DNA from: an uncultured bacterium
Lineage (GTDB): Bacteria > Gemmatimonadota > Gemmatimonadetes > Gemmatimonadales > Gemmatimonadaceae
Direction: 5' to 3'
Assembly: GCA_963978095.1 (NCBI GenBank)
Contig: CAXBQP010000048.1
Span: 1 to 23,840 of the forward strand
DNA length: 23,840 nucleotides
Every line of letters starts with the position of its first letter. Positions within the stretch are counted from its first letter, which is position 1. Position numbers and translations under genes: made by a program. The notes beneath the pieces were generated by a model, which was not told the origin of the DNA, made no database searches, and saw only the letters and a list, made by a program, of their open reading frames with translations. Positions 7,625 through 15,374 of this stretch are shown here, one piece after another.

Positions 7625-10083
7625 GGCGTTGTTGATCCCATCTGGGGTCCGGTCGGCTGGAATCCTGGGATCCAGCGTGTCAGGACGGTGCGCAGTCCAC
7701 TCAACTCGATCGGCTTCGGGGCAAAGTCGTTCATCCCGGAGTCCGTCGCCCGCTGTCGATCATCGGTGAAGGCGCTCGCGGACAAGGCGACAATCGGGGT
7801 GCTGCGATTGACCCCTCCGGCGGCGCGCACGCGACGCGTCACTTCATAGCCATCGATTTCGGGCATGTGGCAGTCCATCAGCACCAGGGCATACGGCTCA
7901 CGCCCGAGCAGGCTGAGCGCCTGGGAGCCGCTGCTGGCGCTCTCGACCTGTGCCCCGAGTGAGCCGATCATCGCGCGTGCCACCATGAGGTTGAGCTCGA
8001 CGTCGTCCACCACGAGAATGCGCGGCTTGCTGAGTTCGGCGGGCTCGGTTCGGCGGGCAGCCGCCGGCTCGGTCGGACGCGTCTCGCCCGCGGTTTTCGG
8101 CATCGGGTTGGCGAAGACGGGCGCGCCCGCCGCGCGCGAGGCTGCGACGCGGGTGAGGTCGGAAGTCTGGCGCGCACCCAGCCCCGGGGTCTGCGCATCC
8201 GCGCCAGCATCTTGCAAGCGCCCGGCGATCAGGTCCTGAAGGAGTGCAATGAGGTGGTCTTCACGCACGGGGCGCCGCAACTGCGCCGCAGCGCCCATCG
8301 CCCGGATCGTCGACTCGTTCAGGGGCTGATGCAACGACGTCAGGAGCATGACTGGCGGAACCTTGCGGAGCGACGCGATCTCGGCGCCGAAGCGGACGGC
8401 CATGTTGTCGCTGACGCTCGGTGCGTCGGCGATCACGAAGGCGTAGCCGCCGCTACTCCGCAGTCGGCTGAACATCGCCTCATGGTTCACGACGGTTTCG
8501 GCGACCAGCCCGTGGCGCGCGAGAATCTCGGCGATGCTCTGTCGCGTCAGCGCGAGTCCGCAGGCCACGAGGACGCGCGAGCCCGGAATCATCTGATGCG
8601 TGACCAGCGGTTCGCGCGTCGCCGTCGCGACCGGGAGTTGGAGATCCACGGTGAACGCGGTGCCCGATCCCTCACGGCTCTCCACCGCGATCGTGCCCCC
8701 CATGAGCATCACGAGCTGTCGCGAGATGGCCAGCCCGAGGCCGGTGCCGCCGAAGCGGCGCGATGTGGAGGCCTCCCCCTGCTGGAACTGTTCGAAAAGC
8801 CGACCCTGTGCCTCGTCCGTGATCCCGATGCCCGTGTCCTTCACCGCGAGCCGCAACGCGATCGTCTTGCGGCCGATCATCACGGTCTCGAGATCGATCT
8901 GGATATGCCCGGCCTGTGTGAACTTCACCGCATTCCCGACGAGATTCAGCAACACCTGCTTGAGCCTCGCCGAATCGCCGACCGGCCACCGTTCTGCGCG
9001 CACGCTCTCGCGCACGGCGATCTCCAGCCCCTTCTCCTCCGCTTTCACCGCGAACAGGTCGGTCACGTCGTCGACGAGCGCGCGCGGATCGAATGGGGCG
9101 TTCAGGAGCTCGACGCGCCCGGCCTCGAGCTTGGAGTAATCCAGAATGTCGTTCAGGATGCCGAGGAGCGACGACGCCGATTTGTTGATGATCTGCAGGG
9201 ATCGGCGGTCCGTCTCCGAGTGCGCGTTGGCCAGCATGGCCTCGCTCATCCCGAGGACGCCATGCAACGGTGTGCGGATCTCGTGACTCATGTTCGCCAG
9301 GAACTCACCTTTCGCTCGCGCATTGGCCTCGGCGGCCGCCTTCGATGCCTCGAGTTCCCGTTCCGCGTTGAGTCGCGAACGTTCCACGCGATACGCCGCA
9401 AATCCGGCGATCAGCGCCAGGATCAATCCGAACACGCCGCCGATCAGCACGATGCGGTCGACATCGGCCAGCCAACCGGTGTATCGATTCATCTCGAGCG
9501 TGGCGACCACCGCCCCGACGACGCGGCCATCGCGGCTCCTCACCGGCGCCGCCGCCTGCACATCGAGGGCCCCGTTGTGCGCGGACGCACTGTCCTCGAC
9601 CACAGTGGAATCCGCCGAGACCATCCGTCGGACGATCGCCGGCAGCGGGACCCGCTGCCCGACCGTCGGAATTCGCGAGGACAGCTCGCGCGAGCTCTTG
9701 GCGCGAGCATCGACGACGAACACGAAATCGTTGCCGACGATCACCCCGCTGTAGACGCGCTGCAGCGATCCGTTGGCGCTCAGCAGGGACCGCAAGGGGC
9801 GCGCCGCGGTTTCGTACTCGCCGCCCACGGGCGCGGCGATGGTGAACCGTTGCTGCTGTTCGGCGTCAATGAGCGACGCTCCGGTGGTGGCGGAGGCGAC
9901 GAGCAACTGCTTCACATCATCGAAGAGCAGGCGGCGCTGACTGATCGTGACGACCCCACCGATGAGCCCCGCCACGGCGGCGACGGTCAGCCCATACGCC
10001 AGCGCGATGGCCAGTGGGCGGTTGCCGCTCTGTGGCCTCCGGACCCTTCGTGACTTGCTGGGCACTTGGCTGGAACCGTCCAT
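7621..10083 (-). CDS. Membrane-bound hybrid sensor histidine kinase with two receiver domains, the first degenerate
   Basis: Two TM helices flank a periplasmic Cache-like region; FLANMSHEIRTPL H-box; NLVGNAVKFT, DTGIG and GGTGLGL boxes; REC1 has RVLVACG...FVIAD...RRP; REC2 has ILVVDD...LMDCHMP...PKP; no HPt domain. Confidence 0.93.
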   Translation of the reverse strand: MDGSSQVPSKSRRVRRPQSGNRPLAIALAYGLTVAAVAGLIGGVVTISQRRLLFDDVKQLLVASATTGASLIDAEQQQRFTIAAPVGGEYETAARPLRSLLSANGSLQRVYSGVIVGNDFVFVVDARAKSSRELSSRIPTVGQRVPLPAIVRRMVSADSTVVEDSASAHNGALDVQAAAPVRSRDGRVVGAVVATLEMNRYTGWLADVDRIVLIGGVFGLILALIAGFAAYRVERSRLNAERELEASKAAAEANARAKGEFLANMSHEIRTPLHGVLGMSEAMLANAHSETDRRSLQIINKSASSLLGILNDILDYSKLEAGRVELLNAPFDPRALVDDVTDLFAVKAEEKGLEIAVRESVRAERWPVGDSARLKQVLLNLVGNAVKFTQAGHIQIDLETVMIGRKTIALRLAVKDTGIGITDEAQGRLFEQFQQGEASTSRRFGGTGLGLAISRQLVMLMGGTIAVESREGSGTAFTVDLQLPVATATREPLVTHQMIPGSRVLVACGLALTRQSIAEILARHGLVAETVVNHEAMFSRLRSSGGYAFVIADAPSVSDNMAVRFGAEIASLRKVPPVMLLTSLHQPLNESTIRAMGAAAQLRRPVREDHLIALLQDLIAGRLQDAGADAQTPGLGARQTSDLTRVAASRAAGAPVFANPMPKTAGETRPTEPAAARRTEPAELSKPRILVVDDVELNLMVARAMIGSLGAQVESASSGSQALSLLGREPYALVLMDCHMPEIDGYEVTRRVRAAGGVNRSTPIVALSASAFTDDRQRATDSGMNDFAPKPIELSGLRTVLTRWIPGFQPTGPQMGSTTP

Positions 10084-10221
10084 TCTAGGAAAATGGCATC
10101 AGGCCACGACAAGCGCCACAAAGTGCCGGCGCATCCAGGCAGGCTCCCGTCGCACCGGTCCGAAGGCGGCGCCCCGCAGTTCCCCGCGCGGCGCTCCGGT
10201 TCGGACCCAGTATTCCCGTCC

Positions 10222-10812
10222 TCAGTACTGGCTCGGGTGTTTCGCCATCCCCGCGTGGAAGTGGCTCTGCAACCGCTGGAAATCTGCTGTCTTGTCACCG
10301 GTCGGCATCAGCGGCGCGTACACCGTGATCACGCGTCGCGGATAGTCGAAGGACACCGGAACGATCGGCACGTCGGCGCCCTTGGCCACATAGTAAAAAC
10401 CGGTTTTCCAGCTGGGCAACTTCTTGCGCGTCCCCTCGGGGGAAAGGGCGAGAATCATCTGGGGTCGCGCCTGGAAATACGCCACCGTCTGATCCACGAC
10501 GTTGTGCGAGGACGCACGGTTCACGGGGACGCCGCCCAGCCACCGCATGACGATGCCCAACGGCCACCGGAACAGCGTGTGTTTCCCGAGGAAGGTCCCG
10601 CGCATCCCCATGCCGAACATCGCCATGAGGCCGACGAAGAAATCCCAGTTCGAGGTATGTGGAGCGACGATCACCACCATCTTGGGGAGGTCCGGAAAGG
10701 TCCCCTCGAACCGCCACCCGCTGAGCCGAAAGGCCACGGCGGCGAGGCCATACGTAATCCAGTTGCCGCGTCGCGGCAGCGCGGCGCCCAGGGCGGGGAT
10801 GTTCGCGTCCAT
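10222..10812 (-). CDS. 1-acyl-sn-glycerol-3-phosphate / lysophospholipid acyltransferase family protein
   Basis: PHTSNWD (HX4D), GGVPVNR, LSPEGTR, KTGF and VPIVPV are PlsC-family blocks. Confidence 0.92.
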   Translation of the reverse strand: MDANIPALGAALPRRGNWITYGLAAVAFRLSGWRFEGTFPDLPKMVVIVAPHTSNWDFFVGLMAMFGMGMRGTFLGKHTLFRWPLGIVMRWLGGVPVNRASSHNVVDQTVAYFQARPQMILALSPEGTRKKLPSWKTGFYYVAKGADVPIVPVSFDYPRRVITVYAPLMPTGDKTADFQRLQSHFHAGMAKHPSQY

Positions 10813-10919
10813 GGGGGGATTGTGGTGGCCGGTGCAGGCCGTGGCAAGGTGGGTAGGCGTGGCGGCCGCACGATGCCAGATTTCGTCCAGCTATTCCTCT
10901 TCTCCGACCCCCGATTCTG

Positions 10920-12035
10920 ATGCTGCGCTCTTCCGTGCTTCTCCTGGTGATGGCTGTCGCTCCGCTCCCGGCTCGCGTCGCCGCCCAACAGGCGACCACT
11001 CCGGCGGATGTCCGCCGCGTCCTCGGCGCACTCGCCCACGACTCCATGGAAGGGCGCGGCAGCGCCACCATTGGCGGCGCCCGGGCGGCGCGCTTCATCG
11101 CGGCGGAGATGAAAAAAGCCGGGCTCGAGCCGCTCGGCGACTCCGGGTACTTCCAACGCGTGCCGGTCGCGCGCGACTCGGTCGCGGTCCCGCCGCGCGG
11201 GACGACCCGTCGCAACGCGGACGGCACGGTGACGACCACGCCACCGGACCCTGCTGCCCCAGTCCGCATGATCGAGCGTCTCCGCGTACGTGAGAGCCTC
11301 GCGGCGCTCGACACGGTACCGTTGGCACGAAAGCCAGCGGCGGTGAACGTGGTCGGTGTGATTCGCGGCGGCGACCCGACACTCAAGAACGAGTACATTC
11401 TCGTCGACGCACACTACGATCACCTCGGCATGCGGGGACCAGGGGTGAACGGGGACTCGGTCTTCAACGGGGCGGACGACGATGCGTCCGGTGTCACCGC
11501 GGTCCTCGAGATCGCGCGTCAGATCCACGCCGGCGCCACGCCCAAGCGCACAATCGTGTTCGCCGCGACGATGGGAGAGGAAGTGGGCCTGCTCGGGACT
11601 AATTGGTACATCACCCATCCACCGATCCCGCTGTCGCAGATGGCCGCGAACCTCGAGATCGAGATGATCGGCCGTCCGGATTCACTGGCCGGTGGCGTCG
11701 GCCGAGCGTGGCTGACCGGCTATGAGCGCTCGAACATGGGAGAGATGCTCGCGGCCAAGGGAATCCCGATCGTTCCCGACAAGCGTCCGGACCAGAACTT
11801 CTTCCAGCGCAGCGACAACATCGCGTTCGCCATGAAGGGAATCGTCGCGCACACGCTGTCCTCGTTCAACCTGCACAAGGATTATCACCAGGTGACTGAC
11901 GACCTCTCGCACGTGGACGTCGACCACATGGCGGGGGTCATCAACGCGGCGGTCGCGGCCACGCGAATTCTCAGCGATGGCCCGAAGCCCGAATGGAAAC
12001 CTGGTGGCAAGCCCGAGCCCCGCACGCGTCCGTAG
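10920..12035 (+). CDS. Exported M28-family metallopeptidase
   Basis: Signal peptide; LAHDSMEGRG, DAHYDHLG, NGADDDASG, GEEVGLLG, NLEIEMIG, RSDN and DYHQ zinc-peptidase motifs. Confidence 0.92.
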   Translation: MLRSSVLLLVMAVAPLPARVAAQQATTPADVRRVLGALAHDSMEGRGSATIGGARAARFIAAEMKKAGLEPLGDSGYFQRVPVARDSVAVPPRGTTRRNADGTVTTTPPDPAAPVRMIERLRVRESLAALDTVPLARKPAAVNVVGVIRGGDPTLKNEYILVDAHYDHLGMRGPGVNGDSVFNGADDDASGVTAVLEIARQIHAGATPKRTIVFAATMGEEVGLLGTNWYITHPPIPLSQMAANLEIEMIGRPDSLAGGVGRAWLTGYERSNMGEMLAAKGIPIVPDKRPDQNFFQRSDNIAFAMKGIVAHTLSSFNLHKDYHQVTDDLSHVDVDHMAGVINAAVAATRILSDGPKPEWKPGGKPEPRTRP

Positions 12036-12071
12036 TCGGCGCGTCGCGGCGGCACCCGCATCGGCACGAGT

Positions 12072-12104
12072 CGCGCGGCACGGCCCAATCGGCCGCGCCG
12101 CGCG
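12072..12104 (-). terminator. GC-rich hairpin immediately after the lactate permease stop, between convergent genes
   Basis: Minus-strand RNA cgcgcggcgcggcc-gauug-ggccgugccgcgcg: 14-bp stem with one G.U pair; no U-tract. Confidence 0.5.
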
Positions 12105-12105
12105 T

Positions 12106-13719
12106 TCACAGGTGCGCTTGGATCATGACGAAGAGGCCGACGAGACTCGCCAACGCGATCGAGTGCCAGAAGACGCGCCGCAGGATCGTCCCCTCCTGGC
12201 CCCGCACGTTCGTGGCGGCGCCCGCGACGACGATGCTCTGCGCGTCGATCATCTTGCCCATGACGCCGCCGGAGCTGTTGGCGGCGGCCATCAACACCGG
12301 ATTCACCCCCAGCGTCGTGGCCGTCACCACCTGCAGGCCACCGAACAACACATTCGACGACGTGTCGCTGCCAGTCAGGGCCACGCCAAGCCACCCGAGC
12401 AGCGCGCCGAAGAACGGATACGTCGTCCCGGTGCGTGCGAAGGCGAGTCCGAGGATGGTATCGGTCCCGGAATAGCGGGTCACATACCCCAGGGCCATCA
12501 TTGCCGCGATCGTGAGCAGCGATGGCACGAGGCGGCGCGCGTTGTGCGCGTAGGTGCGCACCATCGTGCGCGGTGAGCATCCCATGAGCAGGCCGCTGAT
12601 GATGGCGGCGACGGCGATCCCGCTGCCCGATGCGCTCAACCAGTTGAAACTGAACACCGCCGCTTCCCCTTTCGCCACCGCGACGACGGGCGGCACGCGA
12701 AGGACGAGGTCGTGCAGTCCGGTGATCCGGAGCTGTGGCGCCGAGAGGCCGTTGAGCCAGCTCTTCACCTGTGGGGTCCCCCAGGCGAACACCACAACGC
12801 TGAGCACCGCCCAAGGAAGCCACGCACGGAGAACGGCTGCGCGGTCCGGTAGCGCCGCGGCGCGGCGTGCCACGCCGATGGCGTCGACGTGCCGCGGCGA
12901 CCACACCCTCAGGAAGAGCGCGAGCGCTCCCATGGAGCAGACCGAGGCGGTCACGTCGACCAACCACGGACCGTGGTAGGTCGCCACAAGATACTGCGGC
13001 ACGGCGAACGCGATCCCCGCCACGGCGAGCGCGGGCCACACCTCGACGGTTCGCCGAACACCCGCGTACGCCGCGACCACCCAGAAGGGAATGATCATCG
13101 AGAAGAGCGGCAGCTGTCGGCCCACCATCGCCGAGAGGTCGCGCAGGTCGAGGCCCGTGACGCCCTGCAACGCGATGAGCGGTGTTCCTAGCGCGCCGAA
13201 CGCCACCGGGGCCGTGTTGGCGATGAGCGAGTAGACCGAGGCGTCCAGCGCGGGGAATCCAAGCCCGATCAGCAGGGCGGCGGTCACGGCGACCGGCGTG
13301 CCGAACCCTGCGGCGCCCTCGAAGAAGGCGCCGAACGAAAAGGCGATCAGCACCAACTGCAATCGCCGGTCGGTCGTCAGGTGTGCGATGCTCTCCTGCA
13401 AGACCACGAAGAGCCCGCGATCGACCGTGAGCTGATACAGGAACAGCACATTGAGCAGAATCCACCCGATCGGGAAGAGCCCGTAGGCCGCCCCGTACAG
13501 TGCGGCGCGAGCGGCCATCGGCGCCGGCATCCCGACGGCGAATACCGCGACCGCGAGCGAGGCGCCCAGGCCGATCACCGCGGCCCAGTGCGCGCGCACC
13601 CGATGTGAGGACAACAGCCCCAGCAGCACCAGCACCGGAAGGAGCGCCACGAGCGTCGAGAGCAGGGGCGAACCGAGGGGGTCGTACTGCTGTGACCACG
13701 GAAGTCCCGGGCCGGTCAT
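12106..13719 (-). CDS. lldP: L-lactate / glycolate permease (LctP family)
   Basis: Start MTGPGLPWSQQYDPLG at 13719 (ATGA overlap with the upstream oxidase stop); FGAFFEGAAGFGTPVA, ANTAPVAFGALGTP, LTGSDTSSNVLFG and GGVMGKMI are LctP signatures; multiple TM helices. Confidence 0.93.
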   Translation of the reverse strand: MTGPGLPWSQQYDPLGSPLLSTLVALLPVLVLLGLLSSHRVRAHWAAVIGLGASLAVAVFAVGMPAPMAARAALYGAAYGLFPIGWILLNVLFLYQLTVDRGLFVVLQESIAHLTTDRRLQLVLIAFSFGAFFEGAAGFGTPVAVTAALLIGLGFPALDASVYSLIANTAPVAFGALGTPLIALQGVTGLDLRDLSAMVGRQLPLFSMIIPFWVVAAYAGVRRTVEVWPALAVAGIAFAVPQYLVATYHGPWLVDVTASVCSMGALALFLRVWSPRHVDAIGVARRAAALPDRAAVLRAWLPWAVLSVVVFAWGTPQVKSWLNGLSAPQLRITGLHDLVLRVPPVVAVAKGEAAVFSFNWLSASGSGIAVAAIISGLLMGCSPRTMVRTYAHNARRLVPSLLTIAAMMALGYVTRYSGTDTILGLAFARTGTTYPFFGALLGWLGVALTGSDTSSNVLFGGLQVVTATTLGVNPVLMAAANSSGGVMGKMIDAQSIVVAGAATNVRGQEGTILRRVFWHSIALASLVGLFVMIQAHL

Positions 13720-14801
13720 GCGAGGAATCCTCGGTCGAGTTCCCGCGGGGTGCGGCAGCCCGCGAGTCCGAGGGCGAGTTGACACTCATCCTTGAGCAGC
13801 TCGAGCACACGACGCGCGCCGGTCTCACCGTCGACGGCAAGCCCCCAGAGCACCGGACGTCCGAGCAGCACCCCGTCGGCCCCCATGGCCAGCGCCTTCA
13901 GCACATCGGTTCCGCGACGAATCCCGCCATCCACGAGCAGCGTCCCGCGTCCGGCCATCGCGTCCGCCACCTCGGGCAACGCGCGCGCCGTGGGAATCGC
14001 GGTGTCGAGCTGCCGCCCTCCATGATTCGACACGATGACCCCCGACGCGCCGGCGTCGAGCGCCAGGGTCGCGTCGTCGCCGCGGACGATCCCCTTCACG
14101 AGGATCGGCAACGCAGTGATCGACTGCAGCCATTCGAGATCGCGCCACGAGATGCTCGCATCCCAGTGCTGCTCCACGAACGTCGCCAGCGACGACGCGG
14201 TAGCCCCCCGGGCGGCCAGCGTATCGCGAGGCCCACCGGTCAGGTTGGGAACGGGGGTTCCGGCCGGCACGTGGAACCCGTTGCGGATGTCGCGCTCGCG
14301 GCGCCCGAGCATGGGAGAATCCACCGTCAGGACCAGCGCATCGCACCCCGCCGACTCGGCACGTTGGACGAGCGCTCGCGACGCCTCGCGATCCCGATAG
14401 ATATACAGTTGGAACCAGAGTGGCCCGCGACAGGCCGCCCGCACCTCTTCGATCGACGTGGTCGACAACGTCGAAAGAATCATCCCGGTCCCGGTGGCAC
14501 CAGCCGCCCGCGCCGTGGCGCGCTCTCCGTCGGGATGCGCCATCTGCTGGAACGCCATCGGCGCGACGAACAGGGGCCAGGACAGCTCCTGCCCGAGAAT
14601 CGTACAGGCCAGCGAGCGCTGGGAGACGTCGCGCAGCACACGGTAGCGCAGGGAGACCGCATTCCACGCCGCGCGGGCGGTGGCGAGCAACACTTCGTCG
14701 CCGGCACCACCGGCATAGTAGTCGTAGACCATCTGCGAGAGCTCGCCGATGGCAGCGGTCTCAAAATCGGCGAGGTTGATCAGCGGGGTCCCTTCGGTCA
14801 T
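13716..14801 (-). CDS. FMN-dependent alpha-hydroxy acid oxidase/dehydrogenase (lactate or glycolate oxidase type)
   Basis: Start MTEGTPLINLADFE at 14801; YDYYAGGAGDE, APMA, WFQLY, LTVD, VKG, SNHGGRQLD, DGGIRRGTDVLKALAMGA, GRPVLW; 361 aa. Confidence 0.93.
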   Translation of the reverse strand: MTEGTPLINLADFETAAIGELSQMVYDYYAGGAGDEVLLATARAAWNAVSLRYRVLRDVSQRSLACTILGQELSWPLFVAPMAFQQMAHPDGERATARAAGATGTGMILSTLSTTSIEEVRAACRGPLWFQLYIYRDREASRALVQRAESAGCDALVLTVDSPMLGRRERDIRNGFHVPAGTPVPNLTGGPRDTLAARGATASSLATFVEQHWDASISWRDLEWLQSITALPILVKGIVRGDDATLALDAGASGVIVSNHGGRQLDTAIPTARALPEVADAMAGRGTLLVDGGIRRGTDVLKALAMGADGVLLGRPVLWGLAVDGETGARRVLELLKDECQLALGLAGCRTPRELDRGFLA

Positions 14802-14905
14802 GAGCGCTCGGTGGGGGCGGGAACTGAAACGGCCATCCGCACGTAGAATGGCGCAGAGGCTTCGCCTTCGCCAATTTCCAAGCACTTCTACCGAGGATCC
14901 CCCCA

Positions 14906-15319
14906 ATGCGCACCCGCCGCCTGCTCACCCTCGTTGCCCTCATGACCGTCGCCGCGCAGGCGTCCGCTCAGGGCTCCGACCCCGCCAAGCCCGCCACGCC
15001 GCCCGCCGCGCCGTCGGCCGACGTCAATCCGGTCGGGAGCTATGTCGTGAACCTCACCGCGCAGGGCAATCCGATGGCGCTGACGGCGAAGATCGAAAAG
15101 AAGGCCGACGGCGCGCTCGCCGGCGCCGTGATGAGCGATGCCTTCCCGCCGATGCCGATCACCAGCGTGAAGGTCGCCGGCGCGAAGATCACCCTGACCA
15201 TCACCGCCCCGGACGGATCCGAGGCCACGATCAACATGGAACTCAAGGGCGACGACGTGACCGGTGACTGGAGCATGCCGAACGACGGCTCCAAGATCGT
15301 GGGCAAGAAGCTGCCGTAG
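14906..15319 (+). CDS. Small exported hypothetical beta-rich protein
   Basis: GAGGA SD; signal peptide ending ASA-Q; Pro/Ala linker then about 90 aa of short beta-strands; strong GC3 codon bias; followed by a hairpin. Confidence 0.8.
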   Translation: MRTRRLLTLVALMTVAAQASAQGSDPAKPATPPAAPSADVNPVGSYVVNLTAQGNPMALTAKIEKKADGALAGAVMSDAFPPMPITSVKVAGAKITLTITAPDGSEATINMELKGDDVTGDWSMPNDGSKIVGKKLP

Positions 15320-15336
15320 CCGGCACCCTGCGGGCA

Positions 15337-15372
15337 ACGGGGGCGCTGGACCCTTGGGTCCAGCGCCCCCGT
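15337..15372. terminator. Probable bidirectional terminator hairpin between convergent genes
   Basis: acgggggcgctggacc-cttg-ggtccagcgcccccgt, perfect 16-bp stem between stops at 15319 (+) and 15375 (-). Confidence 0.7.
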
Positions 15373-15374
15373 GT

